Shown: piece by piece, positions 24,229 through 33,911 of the stretch | Layout of the letters: each line of letters opens with the position of its first letter | How positions within the stretch are numbered: position 1 is the stretch's first letter | Virus record (IMG/VR): IMGVR_UViG_3300033067_002067 | Span: 9,301-73,300 of that record | Reading direction: 5' to 3' (one strand) | From: a virus | DNA: 64,000 nt | Translations under genes and position numbers: made by a program | Notes under the pieces: generated by a model | What the model saw: only the letters and a program-made list of their open reading frames with translations | Told to the model about the DNA's origin: nothing | The model's database searches: none

Positions 24229-24879
24229 ATGAAAGTACATTTTGGTAGATATCGCGAACATTGGATCTCTCCCTATAAGCTTCTTGAGAAGATTGTCTTT
24301 TGGAAGGATTGGGAGAAGTATCACGCTGAACATGAAGATGATGTCTGGTGGGTTGAAAAAGCAACTGATATTCTAGGCCCGCTTTGTCGCGGCTATAATA
24401 GCGTAATGGGTACTCTATTTCCTCGCAAGATCAAGGTTCGTATTGACCCCTGGGATACCTGGGGCATGTATAATGATCTAGCACTAATCATCCTGCCTAT
24501 GCTTATTCAGCTTCAGAAGACTAAGCATGGTGCACCTTATGTTGATGATGCAGACGTGCCAGATGATCTTAAGAGTACAGCTGCTCCACCCAAAGAGAAC
24601 GAATGGGATACAGACGATAATCATTTTAAGCGCTGGGATTGGATTCTCGCTGAAATGATCTGGGCGTTTGATTCTATTGTCAATGAGGATAAGTATGAAG
24701 ATACTTTCTGGATCCAGCGCGGTGAAGGAATGCATAGCGAGAAGCGTGAAGACGGAAATTATGAAATTAAGTGGGGGATTGAACCCAAGCTAGATCGCGA
24801 AAAGCGTGATGCGCATTATGCTCGTCAGGAAAATGGCCTCAAGCTATTTGGTAAGTATTACAGAGGACTATGGGACTAA
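24229..24879 (+). CDS. hypothetical protein (216 aa)
   Basis: ORF. Confidence 0.5.
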   Translation: MKVHFGRYREHWISPYKLLEKIVFWKDWEKYHAEHEDDVWWVEKATDILGPLCRGYNSVMGTLFPRKIKVRIDPWDTWGMYNDLALIILPMLIQLQKTKHGAPYVDDADVPDDLKSTAAPPKENEWDTDDNHFKRWDWILAEMIWAFDSIVNEDKYEDTFWIQRGEGMHSEKREDGNYEIKWGIEPKLDREKRDAHYARQENGLKLFGKYYRGLWD

Positions 24880-25385
24880 TGAATATTGAACTAATTACTC
24901 GTGACAATTGTGAGTTCTGTGCCAAGGCAAAAGAATTCTTGGCCATTGAGCAGATTGCATACTATGAATACAATCTGACAAAAGGCGATATTACTCGCGA
25001 TGAGGTATATGCCAAGCTAGGAAAGTCTACAGATGAAAAAGTTACTCTTCCTGTTGTTTTTATTGATACTGAGTATATTGGCGGCTATGTGGAGTTGGCT
25101 GAGTATTTTGCCGGGCTTGCTATAGAGCGTCAAGCACTAACAGAAGCACTTAAGAATGGAGTTTTACATCTTGAGTTCATTAAAGCTGATGGTTCTCTTC
25201 GTAAGATGAACGCCACCCTAAATAAACATAAGATCTTTAATGACGATACGTTCTCTTCTTTCCGTGAGGAAGATGAGAATAAAGGTTCACCACACAAGCT
25301 GTCTGTTTATGATATCGACAAAAGTGCTTGGCGTTCTTTTCGTTTTGATAGACTTAAGTCATGGAAACAGGTGGAATTGTCATGA
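24870..25385 (+). CDS. glutaredoxin (NrdC/NrdH-like, CEFC active site) fused to an uncharacterised C-terminal domain
   Basis: ELITRDNCEFCAKAKEFL ... VVFID..YIGGY parallels T4 NrdC; extra ~85-aa C-terminal part. Confidence 0.65.
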   Translation: MGLMNIELITRDNCEFCAKAKEFLAIEQIAYYEYNLTKGDITRDEVYAKLGKSTDEKVTLPVVFIDTEYIGGYVELAEYFAGLAIERQALTEALKNGVLHLEFIKADGSLRKMNATLNKHKIFNDDTFSSFREEDENKGSPHKLSVYDIDKSAWRSFRFDRLKSWKQVELS

Positions 25386-25804
25386 GTACAGGTATTACAT
25401 TTGGCGCATGGGATCTTCTTCATGCTGGCCATCATCATTTTCTCCGCTCATGTGCAATGGAATGCGATGAATTCATCGTAGGCCTCCATATCGACCCTTC
25501 AATTGAACGACCTGATATTAAAGAAAAACCCGTGCAAGGTGTAATGGAAAGATACTGGCAGCTGCAGAATCTAGATTTTATTGCTGCAATTATTCCATAT
25601 GAAACAGAGAAAGATCTTGCAAATATTCTTGCAATGACTCAGCCTTTAGACTATTATTTCCTTGGTACAGATTATGCTCAAATTAAACTCCCTGAGCGTA
25701 TTTATAATATACTTGATCACTTTGACATTGAGATCAAGTATATCCATCGTTTGCATGATTTTTCCTCAACCGATCTTAGAAAGAGAATTAGAGCTAAGAA
25801 ATGA
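25382..25804 (+). CDS. cytidylyl/adenylyl-transferase-like nucleotidyltransferase (RfaE domain II / TagD-like; candidate heptose-1-P nucleotidyltransferase)
   Basis: GAWDLLHAGHHHFL ... FIVGLHID matches the (H/T)xGH plus LIVAV..D pattern of HldE-C/TagD; internal Met start chosen for its SD. Confidence 0.65.
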   Translation: MSTGITFGAWDLLHAGHHHFLRSCAMECDEFIVGLHIDPSIERPDIKEKPVQGVMERYWQLQNLDFIAAIIPYETEKDLANILAMTQPLDYYFLGTDYAQIKLPERIYNILDHFDIEIKYIHRLHDFSSTDLRKRIRAKK

Positions 25805-26418
25805 TTAAACCAAAGATTGTAACTGAACATCCGATTGCATATGAAAGTCATGATCATCTCGTTCCTAAGGGAACCGTGAATGACAACACCAAGAACGAAG
25901 CTTATGTAAAGGAGCTCATCTCTCGCTTTGACGAGAATATGAAGTATATGGACCTGGGCTGTGCTGGTGGTGGCTTTGTAGCTCAGTTCCTAGAAAGAGG
26001 CGTATTTGCCGTAGGTGTAGAGGGTTCAGACCTTAACCAGAGAACCAAGAGAGCGGAATGGGCTGTGTGGCCTGATTATCTGTTTACTGCAGATATCACT
26101 AAGCCATTTCACTTCGTAGATGAGGACGATCGTCAGATTTTATTTGAAGCTCTCAGTGCATTTGACGTACTAGAGCATATTCATAAGCACGATCTTCCTA
26201 ACCTAATCACCAATATCAATCGCAACCTGCGAATTGGTGGTGTGTTTGTAGCTTCTATTGCTACATTTGAAGATAAGGACTATCACGTAACACTGGAAGA
26301 AAAGCCCTGGTGGAATGAGCAATTTGAAGCTCTTGGCTTCCGTGAGACCTGGACACTTAAGCAGTTTGGTCGCTGGTCTTCTATTTGCGTTGTATATGAG
26401 AAGGTAAGTGATGTATAA
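25801..26418 (+). CDS. SAM-dependent methyltransferase
   Basis: motif I MDLGCAGGGFV and following acidic residue in a Rossmann pattern. Confidence 0.6.
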   Translation: MIKPKIVTEHPIAYESHDHLVPKGTVNDNTKNEAYVKELISRFDENMKYMDLGCAGGGFVAQFLERGVFAVGVEGSDLNQRTKRAEWAVWPDYLFTADITKPFHFVDEDDRQILFEALSAFDVLEHIHKHDLPNLITNINRNLRIGGVFVASIATFEDKDYHVTLEEKPWWNEQFEALGFRETWTLKQFGRWSSICVVYEKVSDV

Positions 26419-27511
26419 AAGCAATCAGAAGAAAGCAATTGTAACTGGTATTTCTGGTTACATTGCTCCTATTCTCTGCAGAATGTTGAAAGAGCAGGGG
26501 TACTTTGTCATTGGATGTGACGTCACTGCAGTTGGTGGTCGACTGGGCGATGCTCATAAGAAGTATGTTGACATTGTCAAGTACGTAGACTTCTGCAGTG
26601 ATGAGTTTATTAAACTAATTAGCAATTATAAAGATGCAACAGTATTTCATTTAGCAGCCAGTTCACTGCTGGGGCCTTCATTCTATAACCCTGAAGAATA
26701 TTTCTTTAACAATACTGTCAAGACTTTTAAGCTGCTTGAATTCTTGAATCGTAATAGGTTCGGAAGATTCATTTTTGCTTCTACAGCAGCTGTATATTCT
26801 GAAAAGCAGATTAGAAAGTCTGTATGGAAGGGATTGTTTGGTCAAAATGATCTTGAACAGATGCAATACCCTGTCAAAGAGACTGATATCATCAACCCTC
26901 CCAACAACTATGGCCTATCCAAGTTGATGACAGAGCAGATGATTGATTCAATTACCAAAGCTCAAAATATCAACCATGAAGTATATGGCAAAACTAACTT
27001 GATGGAAGCTTTTTCATTCCGCTTCTTCAATGTCATCGGTGGATATGAAAATATGGGGCATCGTTTTGATACTCCTCACATTATGAGCCAGTTGATTGAG
27101 TCGTACCGTCTCTCTAATAGACCTTTCTATATCAATGGTGACAATTATAAAACTAAGGACGGTACTTGCGTAAGAGACTATGTACATGTAATGGATGTTT
27201 GCCGCGCAATGATTCATGTTGATCTGTGGGCAGATGATCAAAATTTTCGCGAGGCTCGACACCTGAAGTTTAATCTTGGAACAGGTAAAGGTCATACCAA
27301 CAAAGAAGTTGTTGATACTTTCTGTAAAATTACAAGCCCGCATATCGATAAGAAACCCTTTGATGTAAAGATGCGTGGTCCTAGACCCGGCGATCCTCCT
27401 TATCTGGTTGCAGACCCTAAACTCTTCATTGACACTACAGGCTTCACCTATAAATATTCAGATAATCTTGAATCAATGATTGAAAGTGCATGGAGAGCAT
27501 ATAATGTTTGA
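26408..27511 (+). CDS. NAD-dependent sugar epimerase/dehydratase (SDR, GalE-like)
   Basis: N-terminal IVTGISGYIAP glycine motif; catalytic YGLSK (YxxxK). Confidence 0.75.
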   Translation: MMYKSNQKKAIVTGISGYIAPILCRMLKEQGYFVIGCDVTAVGGRLGDAHKKYVDIVKYVDFCSDEFIKLISNYKDATVFHLAASSLLGPSFYNPEEYFFNNTVKTFKLLEFLNRNRFGRFIFASTAAVYSEKQIRKSVWKGLFGQNDLEQMQYPVKETDIINPPNNYGLSKLMTEQMIDSITKAQNINHEVYGKTNLMEAFSFRFFNVIGGYENMGHRFDTPHIMSQLIESYRLSNRPFYINGDNYKTKDGTCVRDYVHVMDVCRAMIHVDLWADDQNFREARHLKFNLGTGKGHTNKEVVDTFCKITSPHIDKKPFDVKMRGPRPGDPPYLVADPKLFIDTTGFTYKYSDNLESMIESAWRAYNV

Positions 27512-28502
27512 AGAGAATGAAATCTCAGAAAAGTCAATGGGCGGTACAGAGCAATGCAAGCGCTCTATTGCTGCTAGAATCCCAGCAGAACTAAACGATA
27601 ACTTCCAGGTCATTTGCTCACGTGTTCGTGAATTGCAGAATGATAAGATTCGCGTGTATTGGGTGCACGATCTTGCTACAGACCCAGAAACTAACCATCT
27701 CAAGGATGAAGCTTCAAGAGCTCGATTCCACAAAATTGTATTCTGTGGCAATTGGCAGTACAACCAGTACTTGCAGATTGGCGTCCCCCCAACCAATCAG
27801 GTAGCTGTAATTGATACGCCAATTGTCCCATTTGATATAAAGCCCAAGAAGTTTGATGATGGGAAGATCCGAATCATCTATACATCAACTCCCCAGCGCG
27901 GTCTTTCGATGCTGGTACCTGTGTTTACCAAGCTGACAGAGAAGTACGAGAATATTCATCTTGATGTATTCTCTTCATTTGGCATCTATGGGTGGCCAGA
28001 GGCTGACAAGCAGTTTGAAGAAATCTATGCAATTTGTCGTTCGCATCCCCAGATTACTTACCATGGTTTCCAGCCTAACGAAAAGGTTCGTGAAGCTCTG
28101 GAAAATGCGCATATCTTTGCATACCCATCAATTTGGCCAGAATGTAACTCTCGCTCTCTCATCGAAGCAATGAGCGCTGGTCTTCTTTGCTTGCATCCCA
28201 ACTTTGCTGGTCTATCTGATACGTCTGGCAATCTAACTGCTATGTACCAGTGGGATGAAGACGGCAACAGACATATCAACCTATTCTATCAGCTTCTTGA
28301 TCAGTCAATTAAGATTGTGCAGGAAGAGCAAACTCAGAATTATCTGGCATTCGTTAAGGCGTACGCCGATACTAGATATAGTATTGATAAAATTGCTGGC
28401 CAATGGCAGGACATGATGAGTGTATTGAACGCTCAGTATCCTACAGTTGAATCTCGAGCAATTCCTAAGTTTGAACCTACCTTTATGTATCGAGCAGGAT
28501 AA
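27480..28502 (+). CDS. GT-B (GT4-like) glycosyltransferase
   Basis: C-terminal E..S...IEAMSAGL.C nucleotide-sugar binding motif typical of GT4/GT-B. Confidence 0.65.
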   Translation: MKVHGEHIMFEENEISEKSMGGTEQCKRSIAARIPAELNDNFQVICSRVRELQNDKIRVYWVHDLATDPETNHLKDEASRARFHKIVFCGNWQYNQYLQIGVPPTNQVAVIDTPIVPFDIKPKKFDDGKIRIIYTSTPQRGLSMLVPVFTKLTEKYENIHLDVFSSFGIYGWPEADKQFEEIYAICRSHPQITYHGFQPNEKVREALENAHIFAYPSIWPECNSRSLIEAMSAGLLCLHPNFAGLSDTSGNLTAMYQWDEDGNRHINLFYQLLDQSIKIVQEEQTQNYLAFVKAYADTRYSIDKIAGQWQDMMSVLNAQYPTVESRAIPKFEPTFMYRAG

Positions 28503-29479
28503 TGATCGTCACTAAGACACCTCTGAGAATTAGTTTCTTTGGAGGCGGGTCTGACATTCCACAATTCTATAACAAGAAACCTGGATTAGTCATTTCTACC
28601 TCTATTAACCGTTCTATCAAAATTGCTCTAAACCGATGTGAGACGGATCATGTCCGTCTCTCTTATTCAACGTTTGAGCAAGTGACCACAGCTGATAAGC
28701 TGAAGCACGATAGAGTACGTGAAGCTCTTCTTTCAAATGGCATTCAGTCCAATATTGAGATCACGTCGTTCTCAGACGTTCCTACTAAGGGAACTGGCCT
28801 GGGGTCATCTTCAACATTTACAGTTGGTCTTCTCAAGGCCATTCTTGAGCATAGAGCGTACACCTATAATAAGACCGATCTTGCCGAACTGGCATGCGAA
28901 ATAGAGATTGATAAGCTAAATGAGCCAATTGGAAAACAAGATCAGTATGCTGCTGCTTTTGGCGGCTTTAATATCATTGAGTTTGATAGCTCTGGTGTAG
29001 AGATTCGTCCTCTCAATCTCGGCCGTGATAAGATTAGAGAGCTTGAGAAGAACTTATACTGCTACTCAACTGGCATTACTCGAGCTGCATCAGATGTGCT
29101 GAAGACACAAGTCAAATCGTTAGGCAAGAGCTCATCCACAACGTTTGAGAATACTTCCATCATGGTTGATATTGCCAAGCTAGCACATGTTCACCTGATG
29201 AAGGGGCGACTATCTGATTTTGGTGGCTTGCTTAATGAGACTTGGAATCTGAAGAAGAAGCTTTCGCCTGGCATGAGCAATGCTACGATTGATGAAATGT
29301 ACAAGACAGCTATAATGAATGGTGCGTTGGGAGGCAAGCTGCTGGGGGCAGGAGGAGGCGGCTATATGCTGTTCTATGTTCCTGAGAGCAACGAATTCAA
29401 ATTCCGTGATGCTATGCGTCACTACAAAGAGTTCTATTTCAGGTTCACTGAAGAGGGGTCACAGTCATGGGTAATATGA
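28502..29479 (+). CDS. hddA: GHMP sugar kinase (D-glycero-D-manno-heptose 7-phosphate kinase HddA-like)
   Basis: PLRISFFGGGSD N-terminus and GTGLGSSSTF GHMP ATP-binding loop. Confidence 0.7.
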   Translation: MIVTKTPLRISFFGGGSDIPQFYNKKPGLVISTSINRSIKIALNRCETDHVRLSYSTFEQVTTADKLKHDRVREALLSNGIQSNIEITSFSDVPTKGTGLGSSSTFTVGLLKAILEHRAYTYNKTDLAELACEIEIDKLNEPIGKQDQYAAAFGGFNIIEFDSSGVEIRPLNLGRDKIRELEKNLYCYSTGITRAASDVLKTQVKSLGKSSSTTFENTSIMVDIAKLAHVHLMKGRLSDFGGLLNETWNLKKKLSPGMSNATIDEMYKTAIMNGALGGKLLGAGGGGYMLFYVPESNEFKFRDAMRHYKEFYFRFTEEGSQSWVI

Positions 29480-30060
29480 CCGATTATCTTGACTTTTATA
29501 CAACAAATATTATATCAGCTCTTTCTAGAGTAGATACGCAAAAGGTTGAAGAAGCCTGCGATTTAATTCGTAGTAACTTATATGCGCCTGTATTCGTATT
29601 TGGTAATGGTGGTTCTGCTGCCATTGCTGAACATTTCACAGTTGATTATAATAAAGGCATTTGGCAAGATACTAAAATCAATACTAGAGCGATAAGCTTA
29701 GTTTCAAATGTTTCTCTATTAACTGCATTAGCTAACGATACTAATTACGCATTTGTTTTCTCGAAACAAATCGATTCATATAATCCAAATGGTAATGGAT
29801 TAGCTATTGCCATTTCATCTTCTGGCAATTCTCCTAATATATTAAACGGATTAGAAGCAGCTAAACGCAATAATATTAAGTCAATAGCTTTAGTTGGTTT
29901 TGATGGTGGTAACGTTAAAAGCAACAATTTAGCTGACGTTATTATACATGTAAAGAAGTATAATTATGGTATTGTTGAAGATACTCATATGGTTATACTT
30001 CATTCTATTATACAAAAACTTCGTTTAGAATATTCATTAGTTGGAGAACCTAAACTCTAA
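29467..30060 (+). CDS. gmhA: sedoheptulose-7-phosphate isomerase (GmhA, SIS domain)
   Basis: FGNGGSAAIAEHF, ISSSGNS, GFDGG, E..H..I.H motifs align with E. coli GmhA. Confidence 0.75.
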   Translation: MGNMTDYLDFYTTNIISALSRVDTQKVEEACDLIRSNLYAPVFVFGNGGSAAIAEHFTVDYNKGIWQDTKINTRAISLVSNVSLLTALANDTNYAFVFSKQIDSYNPNGNGLAIAISSSGNSPNILNGLEAAKRNNIKSIALVGFDGGNVKSNNLADVIIHVKKYNYGIVEDTHMVILHSIIQKLRLEYSLVGEPKL

Positions 30061-30142
30061 CTCATTGATGTACAACAATAGTACCCGCTTGATCAGCCTT
30101 GCAGGATAGTCTATATTATAGATAATGAAGAGGAGACTATAG

Positions 30143-31213
30143 ATGGCTAGAACTAAGCGAATTGATAAGTCTGAATTTGTTGTAATGGGTGATGAGCCTA
30201 ATCTCAAAGGCAAGATTACCCGTATGCAGCTTTGTAATGCGCTTAACTGGTATAACCATTTCTATTCTGCTACAGTAACCAAGCCTCGTAATCCCGATTG
30301 TGTAGGCTGGATTATTGAGTATATGAAGTCCAAGAAGTATACGCCTGCACAAATCAAAGCGTTTTCGTCTCTTTCTGATAAAGAGATTCCGACTACTCTT
30401 TGTTCAATGGCACGTATGCTGAATCGTGGTGCTATTTTTGAGAACTCTCTTGATGAACGTATTCATCAGCTTCTCGAAAACCTTAAGTACAAGAAGCCTG
30501 AGGCTAAAGTTGTTAAGGTTGAAGTAAAGCGTCCTAACCCTATCGTTATTCTGTTTGACAGCATTCTCGATAAGTTCTATGATTCGAACTATCGCGTTAT
30601 GCCTGATTTGACGAATGTCGAAATCTTTGGCAATAAGGAAGAGCATGCTTTTGCTAGCCAGCTCTATTCTGATTTGGCCGAAGAAGTAAAGGGTAAGGAT
30701 CCTGAAGGCTATACTCATATTAGTGCTTTGGGTCTGAAGCGTTATCGTGAACTTCTCAATAACCTTAACGCTCTTCTGAATAAGAAGAAGGTTCGTACTA
30801 AGTCTGGCAAACCTCGCAAGGTTCGTACTCCCAAAAAGAAATCTGCACAGCAGCTTACTGCTCTGCTTAAGTATAAGCAGGCTGAGAAGATTGGTAAAGA
30901 TACGTTTGAAAGCGTTGATCCTGCGAAGATTCTCGAATCTACTGTGGTTTGGGTTTACAACAGCAAGAAGCGTTTGTTGACTAAATACGTAAGCAATACT
31001 AGCCCGCTTACTGTTAAGCGCACCACGCTTGGTAACTTTGATCCCAAGCAATCTATGGCCAAGAAGATTCGTAAACCCGAAATTGTTATTGCACAAGTTG
31101 CAACTGAGGGTAAAGCTTCCGTAGCACGTCTGTTCAATAACATTAAAGCCAAGCCCCAGAAGGTTAAGGGCCGGATGAACGATGATTCTCTAATCGTCAG
31201 GACGTTTAAATGA
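30143..31213 (+). CDS. hypothetical K-rich protein (356 aa)
   Basis: long ORF, SD gaggag. Confidence 0.55.
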   Translation: MARTKRIDKSEFVVMGDEPNLKGKITRMQLCNALNWYNHFYSATVTKPRNPDCVGWIIEYMKSKKYTPAQIKAFSSLSDKEIPTTLCSMARMLNRGAIFENSLDERIHQLLENLKYKKPEAKVVKVEVKRPNPIVILFDSILDKFYDSNYRVMPDLTNVEIFGNKEEHAFASQLYSDLAEEVKGKDPEGYTHISALGLKRYRELLNNLNALLNKKKVRTKSGKPRKVRTPKKKSAQQLTALLKYKQAEKIGKDTFESVDPAKILESTVVWVYNSKKRLLTKYVSNTSPLTVKRTTLGNFDPKQSMAKKIRKPEIVIAQVATEGKASVARLFNNIKAKPQKVKGRMNDDSLIVRTFK

Positions 31214-31611
31214 CCGATAACGTAATTAAGTTCCCAAAGACAAATAAAAGAATTCCGGAACTTCCTACAGTAGAAGATCTCAAGACTGATAAAGGTTTTA
31301 GTCCTACTGACGAGGCAGTTGATACGGCAACTGAAATAATTTCATCCGTAATGCTAGAACATATGTTAGCCCTGGGGTACATCCCCAGGGAGAATACTGG
31401 CAAAGAAATATGTTTTGTAATTGAATCAGTCCGTGCTCTAATGAAGAAATATTACGGACAAACACATCCATTCCATCCTCTAGCTGAGCTCTCATTTGAA
31501 CCGCACGAATCAGGTGCGATGGAATTCATTGAGCCAGAATCTATCTCTACTACCACCAAAAGAAAACGACCCAAGAAGAAAACTTCCAATACGGATATTG
31601 TGACGACATGA
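31210..31611 (+). CDS. hypothetical protein (133 aa)
   Basis: ATGA overlap. Confidence 0.5.
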   Translation: MTDNVIKFPKTNKRIPELPTVEDLKTDKGFSPTDEAVDTATEIISSVMLEHMLALGYIPRENTGKEICFVIESVRALMKKYYGQTHPFHPLAELSFEPHESGAMEFIEPESISTTTKRKRPKKKTSNTDIVTT

Positions 31612-31868
31612 GCAATTTTGAACATGTAGATGTGAAACAAGAATTAGTTGGCACTCGCATTTTGAGAACGGTTTATAATTGGCCTGAAAAGATCAAAGTA
31701 AGAAAAGCTGGGCAGACATACTTTACAGGTATCTCTGATCGCGATAACAACATTATTGATTTTGTAGTGGATAACGGGCGCGCTAGGTACTATATTATAC
31801 ATGGCCTGGAGGATGAGCTCTGGGTCTATGCCAAGAAATTTTATCATATAACCTATGAAGTGAAGTGA
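31608..31868 (+). CDS. hypothetical protein (86 aa)
   Basis: overlap. Confidence 0.5.
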   Translation: MSNFEHVDVKQELVGTRILRTVYNWPEKIKVRKAGQTYFTGISDRDNNIIDFVVDNGRARYYIIHGLEDELWVYAKKFYHITYEVK

Positions 31869-31869
31869 C

Positions 31870-32082
31870 ATGACAACAGTATTAGTTTATTCTGGCGTTG
31901 CAGCTTATTTGGCAATTGCTTTTCTAGTTGCAATGATGGCTCTTTTTGGTCTCAGCTTTAAGTATGCAGATGGCCCGCAGCCTAGCCCTCTTTATATTCC
32001 AACCACAGCAATTGCTATTGGCATGACTTGGCCGGTTTCTGTTCCTGTTCTTAAGCTTACCAATGCTGGCAGCAAGCTATGA
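31870..32082 (+). CDS. small membrane protein (70 aa)
   Basis: two hydrophobic helices. Confidence 0.45.
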   Translation: MTTVLVYSGVAAYLAIAFLVAMMALFGLSFKYADGPQPSPLYIPTTAIAIGMTWPVSVPVLKLTNAGSKL

Positions 32083-32912
32083 TCTTAGTTGATTTTAACC
32101 AGATTATGTATTCTAACTTGCTTGGATCTCTGGGCAAGCATACCAATACAGAGATTGAACTTCCGCTTCTGAGACACATGGTATTCAATGTGCTCAGAGC
32201 TAATAATGTGAAGTTCCGCGAACAGTATGGTCAGATGATTATTATCTCTGACTCTCGCAAGTACTGGCGCAAAGAATATTTCCCGTTCTATAAAGCTAAT
32301 CGCAAGAAAGCTCGCGAGAAGTCTGAGATTGATTGGCCTGCACTATATAAGTGTATGGATGCTATCAAGTCTGACTTACAAGAGTGGTCTCCATATAAAT
32401 ACATTTGCGTTGAAGGGGCTGAAGCAGATGATATTATCGCTACTTTAGCTGGGGAATCTACATCACCTACTCTAATCTTATCTGGTGATAAGGATTTCGT
32501 TCAATTGCATAACCATAACGTTAAACAATACGATCCTGTGCATAAGAAATATTTGTCTACCAAAGACCCAAAGCAGACATTGCACGAACACATTCTCAAA
32601 GGAGATATGGGTGATGGAATTCCTAATATCGCTTCTCCAGACAATGTGTTTGTACTTGGGCAACGACAAAAGAAAGTAACTAAGAAGCTACAAGCGCTTC
32701 TTACAAACATTGCTAATGAACCTGCGAACTCTTACTATAGAAATTACGTGCGCAACAAGACACTAATCGACCTATCTATGATTCCTGATGACTTGAAAGA
32801 GAAAATCCGTAAGGAGTATCTCTCGCAGGTGGAGCGCGATCGTTCCAAGCTGATGACATATTTCATGCACAATAGAATGAAACAACATCTGGAAAATATT
32901 TCAGACTTTTAA
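32079..32912 (+). CDS. rnh: RNase H / 5'-3' flap exonuclease (T4 Rnh homologue)
   Basis: direct similarity to T4 RNase H: KANRKKAREKSEIDW vs KKNRGKAREESTWDW, LSGDKDFVQLH vs SSDGDFTQLH, HILKGDMGDGI vs KILKGDKKDNV. Confidence 0.85.
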   Translation: MILVDFNQIMYSNLLGSLGKHTNTEIELPLLRHMVFNVLRANNVKFREQYGQMIIISDSRKYWRKEYFPFYKANRKKAREKSEIDWPALYKCMDAIKSDLQEWSPYKYICVEGAEADDIIATLAGESTSPTLILSGDKDFVQLHNHNVKQYDPVHKKYLSTKDPKQTLHEHILKGDMGDGIPNIASPDNVFVLGQRQKKVTKKLQALLTNIANEPANSYYRNYVRNKTLIDLSMIPDDLKEKIRKEYLSQVERDRSKLMTYFMHNRMKQHLENISDF

Positions 32913-32922
32913 GGAACATAAA

Positions 32923-33471
32923 ATGGGAAGACTCTCAATTGCTGAGATTGTCGAAAAGACATCTGAATTAACAGATCGTCAGGCACAAATTGATTTTCTG
33001 CGTCAGCATGACAATAATACACTCCGTACTCTACTATCCTATATTCTTGACCCAAACGTAAAGTGGGCATTGCCTGCTGGAGCTCCTCCATATACTCCAA
33101 CGCAGACATTTGAATCTCACGGTCAGCTCTATAATCAAGCACGCAAATTGTACTTGTTTATAGAGGGCGGAAATCCTAATATACATAAGATGAAGCGTGA
33201 ATCGCTATTCATCCAGTTGCTGGAATCAATCGATCCAGATGATGCTCGTTTTATGGTTGCAGCAAAGGATAAGCAAATGCTTTATCCAATCGCAACAGAC
33301 GTCATCAATGAAGCATTTGGTTTTAATTTCCCTGTTGCAGCTAATGTGGCTCCATCGCCTGGCGTAACAGTAATTGAAAAGCCAAAGAAAGTTACCAAGG
33401 CCAAAAAGGAAAAGGTAGCTAAAGTAGCAAAGAAGCCTAAGAAGGCTAAATCGGAGGTAGTACAGGTATAA
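32923..33471 (+). CDS. hypothetical protein with Lys-rich C-terminal tail (182 aa)
   Basis: KPKKVTKAKKEKVAKVAKKPKKAK tail, likely nucleic-acid binding. Confidence 0.5.
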   Translation: MGRLSIAEIVEKTSELTDRQAQIDFLRQHDNNTLRTLLSYILDPNVKWALPAGAPPYTPTQTFESHGQLYNQARKLYLFIEGGNPNIHKMKRESLFIQLLESIDPDDARFMVAAKDKQMLYPIATDVINEAFGFNFPVAANVAPSPGVTVIEKPKKVTKAKKEKVAKVAKKPKKAKSEVVQV

Positions 33472-33654
33472 TACCATGAGCAAATCTTTTAAGAAGCAGC
33501 GTCAGTTTAACGAATATGATGATGAAGGCTATTTTGACAAGCGTCGCACCAAGGATTTTAAAAACCGTCGACGTGAGAAGCAAATGAAGAACGATCTACG
33601 CTCATTTAAGAATGTATCGACAAGAGATTTGCACAACTACCATGAAGAAGATTA

Positions 33655-33897
33655 ATGCCAACATATAAATTCAAAGATAAGGTAACTGGTAAAGAGACTG
33701 AAGAGTTTATGTCTATCTCAGCTCTTGATCCTTATCTTGCAGATAATCCAAACCTGGAACAGCTGGTAAACGGCTTTCCAGGTATTGGCTATAACACCGT
33801 AACCACAAAACCCGCAGATGGTTTTCGTGACATTCTGCGATCAATCAAAAAGGCAAACTCAAAAGGGATTACGAAGAGTACAATAAACACATTTTAA
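33655..33897 (+). CDS. hypothetical protein (80 aa)
   Basis: ORF. Confidence 0.45.
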   Translation: MPTYKFKDKVTGKETEEFMSISALDPYLADNPNLEQLVNGFPGIGYNTVTTKPADGFRDILRSIKKANSKGITKSTINTF

Positions 33898-33911
33898 CTA
33901 AAAGAGGACCT

